64,000 bases of DNA from an uncultured Bacilli bacterium (GTDB lineage: Bacteria > Bacillota_I > Bacilli_A > RF39 > UBA660). Numbering within the stretch: the stretch's first letter is position 1; each line of letters begins with the position of its first letter. Both the position numbers and the translations under genes were made by a program. The notes under the pieces are model-generated. The model was not told the origin of the DNA, made no database searches, and saw only the letters and a list, made by a program, of their open reading frames with translations. The stretch covers positions 200,321 to 264,320 of the forward strand of contig CAJTZU010000001.1 of the NCBI GenBank assembly GCA_910584165.1. Direction: 5' to 3'. Of this stretch, positions 18,827 to 29,060 are shown piece by piece.

Positions 18827-19571
18827 TACTCCTTTCTATCGGCTTTAAAAGTTCCTTTAAATATGAGATACCATCTACACATTTTTCAACATTGCCATAT
18901 TCCGCACAAACATCACAATAATATTGAAAATCTAAAGAATGAACTGGTAAAAAGCCCTCTTTTATCATTCGAATAGCTGTATCTAAATGTTCTTCCATAA
19001 TCCTACCACCCATTTCACAAGTTCGAATATAGGAAGGATGGGGATAATATCTATTCTTAAAATTATAACCTAATAAGAAGAACTGCTGATACGTACAATC
19101 TATTAAATAAAATTCTTTTGAATCATAAGCAATCACCACATAATGAGAATAGGGAAAATGAAAATGAGAGCCGATATCTACTACGATTGCTGGGACTTGT
19201 AACCCCTTCGCAATTTCTACAATCAAATTAGAAAACTCTAAACTACGTGTTCGCAAACTATCCTCTATAATGTTACAATTATATATATCTTGCGCTTTCT
19301 TTCTCGTATAGTAAACTATCTGTTCTAATAAATAATGTTCCTTATTTTTATTTAAAGATGGTTCTACTTTAGGAACTACTTCTATCATTCTAACATTTAA
19401 TTTGTTTTCAAGTTGAGAGACTCTTAAAAGTTCTTTCATTTCTACTTCATGATTTTCAATATATTCATATAGTTTTTGAAAAAGGGGTTCTAATATCTCT
19501 TTTTTTTCCTCAACTGATAAAATACTGCATTGCTCTATTTTTTCTTCTATCTCATTTATTAGATTATCCAT
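18780..19571 (-). CDS. Hypothetical protein, possibly with a transglutaminase/papain-like fold
   Basis: 263 aa. The YSHYVVIAYDSKEFYLIDCTYQQFF segment resembles the His..Asp part of transglutaminase-like cores, but no clear nucleophile Cys is present. 47-nt overlap with the downstream ArsC-family gene. Confidence 0.55.
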   Translation of the reverse strand: MDNLINEIEEKIEQCSILSVEEKKEILEPLFQKLYEYIENHEVEMKELLRVSQLENKLNVRMIEVVPKVEPSLNKNKEHYLLEQIVYYTRKKAQDIYNCNIIEDSLRTRSLEFSNLIVEIAKGLQVPAIVVDIGSHFHFPYSHYVVIAYDSKEFYLIDCTYQQFFLLGYNFKNRYYPHPSYIRTCEMGGRIMEEHLDTAIRMIKEGFLPVHSLDFQYYCDVCAEYGNVEKCVDGISYLKELLKPIERSSDKVDRILVSKMQYL

Positions 19572-19579
19572 AAGTCCCC

Positions 19580-20740
19580 CTAAAATTTAAGCTTATAACG
19601 TTTTGTTTCAATATGCACACGCTGTACAATTCCTAAAGATGCTATCAAAGAAAGTGTAAAACTTCCTCCATAAGATAAAAATGGAAGTGGTACTCCTGTT
19701 AGTGGAATAATTCCAAACATTCCTCCTAAATTGATAAAAATATGTGCGAAAATATAAACCGCAACTCCTAGACACATATATTTTCCTCGAATAGTACTTG
19801 CCCTACTCGATAGCATTAAAATTCTCCATAATATAATAGCATATAATAGTAACAAAAATAAACCAGCTAGGCAACCATATTCCTCTGCGAAAATAGCAAA
19901 CACCATATCTGTATGAGCCTCTGGAATATAAGAATACTTTTGTGTACTTTTTCCTATTCCTACCCCATTTAACCCACCTAAATTAATAGCAATATAGGCA
20001 TTGCACACCTGATAACCAGTACCTGCATATTTTGAGCATGGATTAAAATAATTAAAACGGTCCATCTGCTTTTGGGATAATACTTCTCCTTTATAAGCAT
20101 ATACAGCTAATAAAAAGACTACTAACAAAGCCCCTAAGCCACCAATTATTTTCCACTTTTCTTTTGGTAAAATTGGGCTTAGTAGATAAATAACACCAAA
20201 AATAGCTAACTGAATAATGGTTGTACCCAAATCTTTCTGCATAAAAACAAGAGCTGGAATAATTAGACCTATTCCACAAAAAATCCAAATCAAATTCCAA
20301 TGTTTCGTTTTAGGACTTCTAACCCGCTTCCCATATCTTTCTACTAATAAAGCTAATGCTGCAATAATAATCGGCTTCGCTACTTCACTAGGTTGTAAAT
20401 TAAAGAAGCCTAAAGGAATCCAGTTCATCGCTCCCCTAGTAAAAGTTCCATTTACAATTACAAAAACATTCAAAAATACAAATGCACAAAAAAGTGGTGG
20501 AACAATTCGATAATAGTGTTTTGTTTCTACACAAGAAATAACAATAAAGGCAATCAAACCACCAATCAAAATAATCAAGTGACGATAAAAGTAAAAATAT
20601 ACTGACTTATCCATTCCTACTACTGCTTCTCTGCTAGATGCCGAAACAATATTAAAAAGGCCAAATATACTAAGAAAAAACATAATGATTAATAGTATCT
20701 TATCCATATCCTCAAAATTATTTTTTAATTTTCTAAGCAC
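19580..20740 (-). CDS. FtsW/RodA/SpoVE (SEDS) family peptidoglycan glycosyltransferase
   Basis: 386-aa polytopic protein with conserved SEDS segments (LQPSEVAKP, PEAHTDMVFA, GVPLPFLSYGGS). Confidence 0.9.
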   Translation of the reverse strand: MLRKLKNNFEDMDKILLIIMFFLSIFGLFNIVSASSREAVVGMDKSVYFYFYRHLIILIGGLIAFIVISCVETKHYYRIVPPLFCAFVFLNVFVIVNGTFTRGAMNWIPLGFFNLQPSEVAKPIIIAALALLVERYGKRVRSPKTKHWNLIWIFCGIGLIIPALVFMQKDLGTTIIQLAIFGVIYLLSPILPKEKWKIIGGLGALLVVFLLAVYAYKGEVLSQKQMDRFNYFNPCSKYAGTGYQVCNAYIAINLGGLNGVGIGKSTQKYSYIPEAHTDMVFAIFAEEYGCLAGLFLLLLYAIILWRILMLSSRASTIRGKYMCLGVAVYIFAHIFINLGGMFGIIPLTGVPLPFLSYGGSFTLSLIASLGIVQRVHIETKRYKLKF

Positions 20741-20886
20741 AGAATCACCTTTTCTATCTTATTACATATACTATGATATCATATTATCCCATATTTGACA
20801 AACGATTTTACTAGAAATATAGTTATTCATCATGAACAAACTGGAAATAAAACAATATGATATATTGAATAGTTAGGAGGGTTTAT

Positions 20887-21069
20887 ATGTATTACTACGG
20901 TGGATATCAAGGATACGGCGGATACCCTGGCGTTCAAGGTAACAATTGCTGTAATAACGGTGGATATGGCACTGGATATGGAGCAGCTATCATTTTAGTA
21001 TTATTTATACTTTTAGTTATTGTTATAGGTGCGCGTGCTTTTGATAACGGTCCTGGACCAAGAAGATAG
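20887..21069 (+). CDS. YjcZ-like tiny sporulation membrane protein
   Basis: Gly/Tyr-rich N-terminus followed by AAIILVLFILLVIVIG, as in the tiny-TM YjcZ family of Bacilli. Strong RBS (AGGAGGG). Confidence 0.6.
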   Translation: MYYYGGYQGYGGYPGVQGNNCCNNGGYGTGYGAAIILVLFILLVIVIGARAFDNGPGPRR

Positions 21070-21097
21070 AAGGAAACTTCTATTTTCTTTGCTTTTT
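21067..21097 (+). terminator. Terminator after the yjcZ-like gene
   Basis: ATAGAAG-GAAA-CTTCTAT then TTTCTTTGCTTTTT. Confidence 0.65.
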
Positions 21098-21109
21098 AAA
21101 TAGTTTTTT

Positions 21110-21118
21110 GCTATAATG
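21110..21118 (+). promoter_or_regulatory. Extended -10 element for def
   Basis: TGCTATAAT 20 nt upstream of the def ATG. Confidence 0.35.
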
Positions 21119-21138
21119 GTACTGTTGGAAGTGAAATT

Positions 21139-21702
21139 ATGCGAAGTGAAAAAGATTTTAAAAAATTAACAATATTAGACGAAAAAGAAAAATTATTGCG
21201 CATGAAAAGTAAAGAGGTAACCTTCCCTTTAACAGAGGAAGATAAAGAGCTCATTGAAAGAGGAATTCAAGAATTAACTTATAGTCAAATAGAAAAATAT
21301 GAAAAGAAATATGATTTACGTCCAGGGATGGGACTTGCTTTCCCACAACTAGGATTACTAAAAAGAATTATTATTATTGTCCATGAAGTTGAAGACGGAA
21401 AATTTGATAACTACGTTGTAGTAAATCCTAAAATCATTAGTTATTCTGATGAAATGATTGCTGCTGAAGAAGGTGAAGGATGCTTAAGCGTTAATCGTGA
21501 TGTCGCAGGACATGTTAAAAGACATGCTAGAGTTACAGTAGAAGGATTTAATATAGAAGGTCAAAAAATAAAAATCAGAGCAAGAGAAGAATTATCTGCC
21601 TGTTTCCAACATGAAATTGATCACCTAAACGGTATTCTTTTCTACGATAGAATTGATCCAAAACATCCATTTTATACAGAGCAAGAAGTTCGATTAATTT
21701 AG
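21139..21702 (+). CDS. def: Peptide deformylase
   Basis: Motifs GLAFPQ, EGCLS and HEIDHLNG. Confidence 0.95.
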   Translation: MRSEKDFKKLTILDEKEKLLRMKSKEVTFPLTEEDKELIERGIQELTYSQIEKYEKKYDLRPGMGLAFPQLGLLKRIIIIVHEVEDGKFDNYVVVNPKIISYSDEMIAAEEGEGCLSVNRDVAGHVKRHARVTVEGFNIEGQKIKIRAREELSACFQHEIDHLNGILFYDRIDPKHPFYTEQEVRLI

Positions 21703-21710
21703 GAGGAAAT

Positions 21711-21839
21711 ATGAAAGGTGCATTAAAATATATTTTATTATTTTTAGTTGCTTGTCTTTGCTCTTTTGTTATCTACTACTATTTAGGTCCTAAAGACAAT
21801 CATCATATTGGAATTATTATTACAGCACAAGAAAAGTAA
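21711..21839 (+). CDS. Unannotated 42-aa membrane peptide
   Basis: Own translation: MKGALKYILLFLVACLCSFVIYYYLGPKDNHHIGIIITAQEK. Perfect AGGAGG 5 nt upstream of the ATG, which lies 9 nt after the def stop. Below the ORF-track size cut-off. Confidence 0.5.
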   Translation: MKGALKYILLFLVACLCSFVIYYYLGPKDNHHIGIIITAQEK

Positions 21840-21854
21840 GCATTGCTTACTTTT

Positions 21855-22550
21855 TTATTTATACTTTAAAATTTCTATATCCATATTTCCTTTTTTATTA
21901 CGATAACAAATTTTAGAAAAAAGATATTTTCCATACCCTCGAATAGAAAAAATATCTCCTTCTTTTAAATAAGTATCTTTTTTTACTGCTACTTCATAAT
22001 TTAAAAAGACTTCTTTATCTTTTATTATTTCCTCTACCTTTCTTCTGCTTTGTTTCGTAATTTTAGAAACTATCATATCTAATCTTAGTCCACTTACATG
22101 ATAAAGAGAAATATCATATTTAGGACGATAATCTCCTAAAGAAGCTAAATCAATTTTTACAAATTCTACTGGATTTTTTCCAATCTCATGAACATGACTC
22201 TTTAAATATTCAGCAACAGGTTTTAAAGCTACTAAATAATGCGTATTGTCAGTAATCATGATATCCCCATAAAAGTGTGGCAGAATTTGATGAGCAAATA
22301 AAACTCCTAAAATATCTCTATGCTCTAATCTTTTTTTTGATATAATTTCTAATAATTCTATTTCTGGATAATTTTCATTATAAACTAAAACCTTTTCTGC
22401 TTCTCTATAAGGAGTATAAATCTCATAAGAGATTTTTTTCTTTCTCAATTTAGAAATAACAAATTCTCTTTCTTTTGGATCTAGAAAAAAACTACTCTTT
22501 CCTTTCTCTATTTTTTCTATAGTATTTTGCAAGAAAAATTTATTTTCCAT
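21855..22550 (-). CDS. ylmH: YlmH-like S4-domain RNA-binding protein
   Basis: 231 aa with N-terminal FLDPKEREF, as in YlmH, and a C-terminal S4-like segment (RLDMIVSKITKQSRRKVEEIIKDKEVFLN). Confidence 0.7.
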   Translation of the reverse strand: MENKFFLQNTIEKIEKGKSSFFLDPKEREFVISKLRKKKISYEIYTPYREAEKVLVYNENYPEIELLEIISKKRLEHRDILGVLFAHQILPHFYGDIMITDNTHYLVALKPVAEYLKSHVHEIGKNPVEFVKIDLASLGDYRPKYDISLYHVSGLRLDMIVSKITKQSRRKVEEIIKDKEVFLNYEVAVKKDTYLKEGDIFSIRGYGKYLFSKICYRNKKGNMDIEILKYK

Positions 22551-24129
22551 ATTTTTTTAAATATTCCTCATAAGTAAGTTCTTTATCTGTATAACTACCA
22601 TCCTCATGAATTTCAATGATACGATTTGCTAGAGTCTCAATTAAATGTTGGTCATAAGTTGCAAAAACAATACTACCTTGAAATTTAGATAAGCCTTCAT
22701 CTAAAGAGGTAATAGATTCCATATCTAAATGATTCGTTGGCTCATCTAATAATAATACATTACCATGCTCTAACATCATTTTAGATAGCATACATCGAAC
22801 TCGTTCTCCACCTGATAAAACATTTACTTTTTTTAGTGCCTCTTCCCCACTGAATAACATTCTACCCAAAAAGCCTCTTACAAAAGCATCTTCTTTTACT
22901 GAAGAATATTCTCTTAACCATTCCACCATATCTTTATCTTGTGAAAAATAATCATCATTCTTTTTTGGATAATAAGAAGTTATTACTGTAGTTCCAACTT
23001 TTACAGTTCCACTATCAGGTTCTTCTACTCCCGCTAAAATCTCTAAAAGTGCCGTTTTAGCAATTTCATTATTCCCAATTAAGGCTATCTTATCCCCTGG
23101 TTTTAATGTAAATCTCATATTTTTTAATACTTCTACTCCATCAATTGTCTTAGAAATATGGTCTAAATGAATAACTTCTTTTCCAAGAAAACGTTCTGGT
23201 TCAAATTGAATAAAAGGATATCTTCTGCTAGATGGTTTAATATCTTCTAAAACAATTTTCTCTAATGATTTCTTTCTGCTAGTAGCTTGTTTAGATTTTG
23301 ATGCATTAGCACTAAACCTACGAATAAAATCTTGTAGCTCAGCAATTTTTTCTTCCTTTTTCTTATTAGATTCTCTCATTTGCTTTTGAATTAATTGACT
23401 AGATTGATACCAAAAGTCATAGTTACCTGCAAACATCGTAATCTTTTCATAATCAATATCTACCATGTGTGTACAAACCTTATTTAAAAAATAGCGGTCA
23501 TGAGAAATAACAATTACTGTATTTTTAAATTCAATTAAAAATTCTTCTAACCAGGTTTTACTATCTAAATCTAAACCATTTGTTGGCTCATCTAACAATA
23601 AGATATCTGGTTCTCCAAAAAGTGCTCGAGCTAACATTACTTTTACTTTATCAGACTCTTTTAAATCACTCATCATTTTATTGTGCAACGAAGAATCAAT
23701 TCCTAATCCATCTAAAAGAATAGCTGCATCAGCATCTGCTTGCCAACCATTCTTTTTTAAAAATAAATCTTCCAATATTCCTGCTCGAATTCCATCTTCA
23801 TTCGTGAAATCCTCTTTCATATATAATGCATCTTTTTCTGTCCTAATATCATATAATTCTTGGTCACCCATAATAACAGTATCTAATACATTAAACTTAT
23901 CATAAGCATTATGGTTCTGTACTAAAAAAGACATTCTTTCGCCTTTTCCAATAATTACTTCCCCACTTGTAGAATCTACTTCCCCACTCAATATTTTTAA
24001 AAAAGTACTTTTTCCAGCGCCATTTGCACCAATTAATCCGTAGCAATTATTATTTTCAAATTTTAAATTCACGTTTTCAAAAAGAATTCTCTTTCCAAAA
24101 CGTAATCCAATATTATTAGCGATTAACAT
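22540..24129 (-). CDS. ABC-F family ATPase (two ABC domains, no TM)
   Basis: Two Walker A motifs (GANGAGKST, GNNEIAKT) and two signature/Walker B sets, joined by a charged linker. Confidence 0.9.
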   Translation of the reverse strand: MLIANNIGLRFGKRILFENVNLKFENNNCYGLIGANGAGKSTFLKILSGEVDSTSGEVIIGKGERMSFLVQNHNAYDKFNVLDTVIMGDQELYDIRTEKDALYMKEDFTNEDGIRAGILEDLFLKKNGWQADADAAILLDGLGIDSSLHNKMMSDLKESDKVKVMLARALFGEPDILLLDEPTNGLDLDSKTWLEEFLIEFKNTVIVISHDRYFLNKVCTHMVDIDYEKITMFAGNYDFWYQSSQLIQKQMRESNKKKEEKIAELQDFIRRFSANASKSKQATSRKKSLEKIVLEDIKPSSRRYPFIQFEPERFLGKEVIHLDHISKTIDGVEVLKNMRFTLKPGDKIALIGNNEIAKTALLEILAGVEEPDSGTVKVGTTVITSYYPKKNDDYFSQDKDMVEWLREYSSVKEDAFVRGFLGRMLFSGEEALKKVNVLSGGERVRCMLSKMMLEHGNVLLLDEPTNHLDMESITSLDEGLSKFQGSIVFATYDQHLIETLANRIIEIHEDGSYTDKELTYEEYLKKYGK

Positions 24130-24181
24130 ACTATCACACCCTCAACTATTCCATAATATCATATTTTCTTTAAAATAGAAA

Positions 24182-24205
24182 GAAAAAGACGAGTAATTAT
24201 TACTC
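24182..24205 (-). terminator. Weak terminator after the Flg_new-repeat gene
   Basis: Minus strand: GAGTA-ATAAT-TACTC then GTCTTTTTCTTTC. Confidence 0.35.
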
Positions 24206-25045
24206 ATCTATTTTTTCTAAAGACTCTGCTTTAAAGAAACCTGTTGTACCAGTTTCATTACCAACACGATAAGGATATTCTCTTCCTTCATAAATTTTTA
24301 AAACAACACGTTTCCAACCAACTGCACGTTTATGTAGTGCTCTTTTAGAAGTAGAACTTTCTGCATATTCACCTACAATTTTAACTCTATCTCCTACTTT
24401 TAAATCTGCTGATAAACTAGAATCTGTAGATGGTTTCTTATTCTCATCTGGTTTTGTTGGTTTTTTATCTTCATTTGGTTTTTTATCTTCATTTGGTTTT
24501 TTATCATCTGTCTTATCTGGTTTCTTAGTATCACTCTTTTTTTCTTTCCATTTTGCTTTTAATGTCATATCTTGAGTGATTTTTTTACTAAAATCAAATT
24601 TTGAGTCTCCAAAGTACCAACCCTCAAAAATATATCCATCCTTTACAGGATCTGTTGGCTTTTTAACAGATGTTCCAGGAGAGACTTCTTGTGTATTTAC
24701 ACTAGAACCTCCATCACTATCAAAAACGACTTTATATAAAATTTCAGATACTGATGATATTTTTCTCCACTGTGCTTTTAAAGTCATATTCTTTCTTACT
24801 TTTTTTGAAAAATCATATTTTTCATCATTTAATTGCCATTCAACAAATTCATATCCCTCTCTAACAGGATCTACTGGTTCTTCTACTCTAGTACCAGTTT
24901 TAACAATTTGTTTTTCTACTTCTGTACCACCTTTAGAATCAAATATTACAATATATTGATTTCCAAAGAAAAGGCAATACAAGGTTATACCAAGAGTAAT
25001 GGCAATAACTACTCCAAGCATAACAAAAACTTGCTTCTTTTCCAT
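24200..25045 (-). CDS. Membrane-anchored protein with two Listeria-Bacteroides (InlB B-repeat/Flg_new) repeats, a KPNEDK linker and an SH3-like tail
   Basis: Two copies of the GG..V......G....P.DP.[KR][ED]GY.F.GW pattern. I prefer the start at MEKKQVFVMLG (25045). Confidence 0.7.
   Translation of the reverse strand: MEKKQVFVMLGVVIAITLGITLYCLFFGNQYIVIFDSKGGTEVEKQIVKTGTRVEEPVDPVREGYEFVEWQLNDEKYDFSKKVRKNMTLKAQWRKISSVSEILYKVVFDSDGGSSVNTQEVSPGTSVKKPTDPVKDGYIFEGWYFGDSKFDFSKKITQDMTLKAKWKEKKSDTKKPDKTDDKKPNEDKKPNEDKKPTKPDENKKPSTDSSLSADLKVGDRVKIVGEYAESSTSKRALHKRAVGWKRVVLKIYEGREYPYRVGNETGTTGFFKAESLEKIDE
24459..24508 (-). repeat. 18-nt tandem coding repeat (about 2.8 copies)
   Basis: Plus strand reads GGTTTTTTATCTTCATTT twice plus a partial third copy. 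It encodes (KPNEDK)n in the linker of the 24200-25045 gene. Confidence 0.8.
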
Positions 25046-25110
25046 AAAACCTCCCTGTATGATGACCTTATCATCTATATACATTATACAAATTTTAAAA
25101 AAGCGAAGTC

Positions 25111-25141
25111 AATAAAAAAAGGAAAAAATGTTATTTTTCCT
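25111..25141 (-). terminator. Terminator after sigE
   Basis: Minus strand: AGGAAAAA-TAACAT-TTTTTCCT then TTTTTTATT. Confidence 0.6.
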
Positions 25142-25150
25142 ATCTTTTTT

Positions 25151-25825
25151 CTACTTATATAGAAATTTTAGACGATTTATGACCTTCTTTTCTATTCTAG
25201 AAATATAGGATTGACTAATTCCTAAGGCATTAGCGACCTCTTTTTGAGTCATTTCTTCTTTGTTATTAAGACCATATCGTAAAGTCATAATTTCTTTATC
25301 TCTTTTATTTAGTTTTTCTATTTCTGCATACATTAAATTTTTTTCTGTTTCTTCTTCTAAACCACGAGTAACAATATCTTCTTCTGTACCTAAGATATCT
25401 TCTAAATGAAGTTCATTTCCCTCACTATCAAAACTTAGACTATCTTCAAACGAAACTTCACTTCTCCTTTTTTTATTTTTTCTTAAAAACATTAATATTT
25501 CATTATCAATACACCGGGATGCATAAGTCGCTAATTTAATGTTTTTATCCATATTATAAGTATTAATACCTTTTATTAAACCAATCGTACCAATACTAAC
25601 TAAATCTTCTAAATCTACTCCTGTATTCTCATATTTTTTTGCTAAAAAAACAACTAATCGCAAATTGTGTTCTATCAGTTTTGCTTTTGCTTCTTCATCT
25701 CCCTTTTGAATATAGAAAAGTTCTTCTTCTTTTGATAAAGGCTCTGGTAATTTATCTAAACTACCAACAAAATAAACAGGTTTTAAAAATAAATTTCTAA
25801 GAAACTGCCATATTTTTTTAATCAT
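25151..25825 (-). CDS. sigE: Sporulation sigma factor SigE (pro-sigma-E)
   Basis: Sigma-70 regions 2-4 (HNLRLVVFLAKKY, GTIGLIKG, QKEVANALGISQSYISRIEKK) with an N-terminal pro-sequence. Lies immediately downstream of spoIIGA. Confidence 0.88.
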   Translation of the reverse strand: MIKKIWQFLRNLFLKPVYFVGSLDKLPEPLSKEEELFYIQKGDEEAKAKLIEHNLRLVVFLAKKYENTGVDLEDLVSIGTIGLIKGINTYNMDKNIKLATYASRCIDNEILMFLRKNKKRRSEVSFEDSLSFDSEGNELHLEDILGTEEDIVTRGLEEETEKNLMYAEIEKLNKRDKEIMTLRYGLNNKEEMTQKEVANALGISQSYISRIEKKVINRLKFLYK

Positions 25826-25826
25826 C

Positions 25827-26597
25827 CTATCCTCCTAACATAGAATTGTGAAGCAAAAAATCAATCCCATCTATCTGAATATCTTCATCCATAATTCCTA
25901 AATAAACGTTTTTCCACCTCCTACCTTCTACCCACACTTCTTTAAGAGATATACATTTTAAAAGACTAATTCCTTGTACTGTTTTGTAAGGAAGAAAAAA
26001 AGTTTTTCTTCTTGTATCTACTTTTTCTTTGGTTGCTAAAATAACAGGCTTATTTTTATAAGTAAGGGTATTCCCACTATCACAAAACCCTACTCCTTGA
26101 ATAAGAGAATCTCCTAAAGAAAAAGTAACTGTTTTATAAAATTGATACTGTTCTTTCATTGACTTCATCTTACGAACATAATAAGCAATACAAATAGGCG
26201 ATAACAATAAAAGTCCAAAAAAATTTAATTGATAACTATTCGATATAAAAGAAGAAGTTACTCCTTCATAAGAAAAGGTTGTATTCCATAAATAAATCAT
26301 TCCTCCTAAAACCATACTAGCAAAATAAAAGTATCCCATATTCTTCATAAAATAAGAAAAATCTCGATAAGAAAAGGTACTAATAATCATTAAAACACTA
26401 ATCACTATCTTAAGAAATAATAATAGAAAATTAGAGATTGGAAGAAATAAAATAAAAACACTTAAACTACCCAAAAAAGCACCTAATACTAGACGATTAA
26501 AAGTAGCCATTCTCTTTAAAATAAGAGAAACACTCATTAATAATAATAAATCTATTAAGAAATTAAAAATAAGTAGCAAATCTATATACACTTTCAT
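25827..26597 (-). CDS. spoIIGA: Sigma-E processing peptidase SpoIIGA
   Basis: Five N-terminal TM helices and the aspartic protease motif GFCDSGN. I prefer the start at ATG 26597 (MKVYIDLLL), which has a GGTGA RBS. Confidence 0.88.
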   Translation of the reverse strand: MKVYIDLLLIFNFLIDLLLLMSVSLILKRMATFNRLVLGAFLGSLSVFILFLPISNFLLLFLKIVISVLMIISTFSYRDFSYFMKNMGYFYFASMVLGGMIYLWNTTFSYEGVTSSFISNSYQLNFFGLLLLSPICIAYYVRKMKSMKEQYQFYKTVTFSLGDSLIQGVGFCDSGNTLTYKNKPVILATKEKVDTRRKTFFLPYKTVQGISLLKCISLKEVWVEGRRWKNVYLGIMDEDIQIDGIDFLLHNSMLGG

Positions 26598-26674
26598 CGT
26601 ATCACCACTATCATTATAAAAAAAAAGAGACACTAAATGTGTCGCTTTTTATGAATTAATTTAATACTTAAAAA

Positions 26675-27754
26675 TTAGAAACCTCTCTTTTTTAAGAATG
26701 ATGGAATAATATCATCGTCATCATCTGAATCATCATTATCTGTTTCTTCATGTCTAGTAGTAACTGGTGTTTCTGGTTTTGTATAAGAATGATATAAAGG
26801 TTCTGTATCTTGATCAAATCCAGTAGCAATAACTGTTACAATAATTTCATCTGTTAAATTTTCATTGATAACAGCTCCAAAGATGGTATTCATATCTGTA
26901 TTCGCACTTGTACGAATTACTTCGTTTGCTTCTTCTACTTCAAATAATGTTAAATTATTACCACCTGTTACATTGATAATAGCATCAGTTGCTCCACTAA
27001 TACTTGTTTCTAATAATGGACTAGATACTGCTTGACGAGCTGCTTCTGTTGCTCTATTTTCTCCTACACCAATACCAATACCAATTAAAGCACTTCCACG
27101 TTTTTCCATAACAGTTTTAACATCAGCAAAGTCTAGGTTAATTAATCCTGCTACTGCAATTAAATCAGAAATTGATTGAACACCACGGCGTAATACATTG
27201 TCTACCTCTTTGAAAGAATCTAATAAAGGAGTTTGTTTATCAATAATTTCTCTTAATCTATCATTTGGAATAACAATAAGCGTATCTACGTTTTTCTTTA
27301 ATTCTTCTAATCCAGCAATGGCTTGCTCCATTCTTTTCTTTCCCTCAAATGAGAATGGCTTAGTTACAATACCAACTGTAAGAGCGCCTAATTCTTGAGC
27401 AATTTGGGCAACTACTGGAGCAGCTCCTGTACCAGTTCCTCCACCCATACCACAAGTTACAAATACCATGTCAGCTCCTCTTAGTGACTCTTCGATTTCT
27501 TTTTTACTTTCTAGTGCAGCTTCTCTACCAATATCTGGTTTTGCCCCAGCACCTCTTCCACCTGTTAAGCTTTCACCTATTTGAATTTTTGTAGGAGCTT
27601 TTGAACAATTTAAAACTTGTAAGTCTGTATTTGCTACTATAAATTCTACACCTTTTACTCCTGAATCTATCATACGGTTAACGGCATTATTTCCACCACC
27701 ACCGATTCCAATGACCTTAATTTTTGCTATTTGATCCATTTCTAATCCAAACAT
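26675..27754 (-). CDS. ftsZ: Cell division protein FtsZ
   Basis: GGGTGTG tubulin signature ([13 protein letters not shown]). AGGAGGA RBS. Confidence 0.98.
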   Translation of the reverse strand: MFGLEMDQIAKIKVIGIGGGGNNAVNRMIDSGVKGVEFIVANTDLQVLNCSKAPTKIQIGESLTGGRGAGAKPDIGREAALESKKEIEESLRGADMVFVTCGMGGGTGTGAAPVVAQIAQELGALTVGIVTKPFSFEGKKRMEQAIAGLEELKKNVDTLIVIPNDRLREIIDKQTPLLDSFKEVDNVLRRGVQSISDLIAVAGLINLDFADVKTVMEKRGSALIGIGIGVGENRATEAARQAVSSPLLETSISGATDAIINVTGGNNLTLFEVEEANEVIRTSANTDMNTIFGAVINENLTDEIIVTVIATGFDQDTEPLYHSYTKPETPVTTRHEETDNDDSDDDDDIIPSFLKKRGF

Positions 27755-27770
27755 ATTTTATATCCTCCTA

Positions 27771-29015
27771 TTATTCGTTAAAAAAATATCCAAATATTTT
27801 TCCCAACATGCTATCATTTGCTGATTCTACTGAACTTTTTCTAACGGTTGCAAGTGTCGATGCATCCTCGTTACTAATCATTGAATAGTTCTTTCCTTTT
27901 AATTTTAATTTACTGATAAAGTAAACTATATTACCAACACATGATGAATATTTGTTATTACGTATACCAAGTAATTTAACATTTCCTATGCTTACATTCT
28001 TACCTAATACTTGAGATGCTACATATTCAATATCATCCATATTACTAGTACCACCTGTTATTATCATATAATCAATTTGCTTGGTTGTCAATATATTCAA
28101 CTCTTTTTTTGCTAGATTTAAAATCTCTTCTAACCTAGAAGAAACAATTTCGGACACCTCAAACTGGTTGACTTTTAAGGATTTATCTACTGATGTAGAA
28201 ATTTCATAAGTATCACTTACATTCGCATTTCTTTTATGTGCTAAAGCAAAAGAATGCTTCAATTTATTGGCCGTTTCCAAATCTGTCTTATACATATAAG
28301 CAATATCACTATCTACATTTTTACCACCCATATGAATAACAGAACTCTTCACAATTACGCCTCTATTATAAAGAGATAACGAGGTTGTTTCACTACCAAT
28401 ATTAATGATTGCCCCTATTTTTTGATCGATATCTTTATTTTTAAATGCATATAAATCACCAATATTATTAATAGAAATATCTACTACTTCTATTCCTAAA
28501 CCCTCTAATAAACTAATAACGGAATAAACATTTTTCTTAGGAGTCGTTACTAATATTCCTCTTACTCCTAAAGTACTTCCCATTTGATTATAAGGGTCTT
28601 TTACCACTTTATCATCTATTCTAAAGTCTACTGGAAGAACAGTTACAAATTCTCTATCCACTAATGGCTTAGAAGCAACTGCTTCTGCTAATACATTAGA
28701 AATATCCTCATGAGTAATCCCAATGTTTTCATCTGAAACAGTAATTTCAGCCTTCACAATAGAATATTCAGCAAAATAAGAAGGGATAGATGCAACTACT
28801 CTTCTAATAGGAATTCCTATCATCTGCTCCACATCTTTCATTGCTTCTCTTACACAATTACTTGCCTTTTCGACATCTGTAATTAAACCTTTTTTAATGC
28901 CACTAGAACGATAAGATGATGCTGCAAGCAAATTAAGTTTGTTCTGAAAAAGTTCACAAACAACTACTTTTATACTATCTGAACCAATATCCACACTAGT
29001 ATAAACATGCTTCAT
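27771..29015 (-). CDS. ftsA: Cell division protein FtsA
   Basis: Actin-like ATPase (DIGSDSIKVVV, ITGGTS). Lies upstream of ftsZ. Confidence 0.95.
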   Translation of the reverse strand: MKHVYTSVDIGSDSIKVVVCELFQNKLNLLAASSYRSSGIKKGLITDVEKASNCVREAMKDVEQMIGIPIRRVVASIPSYFAEYSIVKAEITVSDENIGITHEDISNVLAEAVASKPLVDREFVTVLPVDFRIDDKVVKDPYNQMGSTLGVRGILVTTPKKNVYSVISLLEGLGIEVVDISINNIGDLYAFKNKDIDQKIGAIINIGSETTSLSLYNRGVIVKSSVIHMGGKNVDSDIAYMYKTDLETANKLKHSFALAHKRNANVSDTYEISTSVDKSLKVNQFEVSEIVSSRLEEILNLAKKELNILTTKQIDYMIITGGTSNMDDIEYVASQVLGKNVSIGNVKLLGIRNNKYSSCVGNIVYFISKLKLKGKNYSMISNEDASTLATVRKSSVESANDSMLGKIFGYFFNE

Positions 29016-29060
29016 ACAACCATCTCCTATAATCTAACATATATTATACTATAAAATTTT

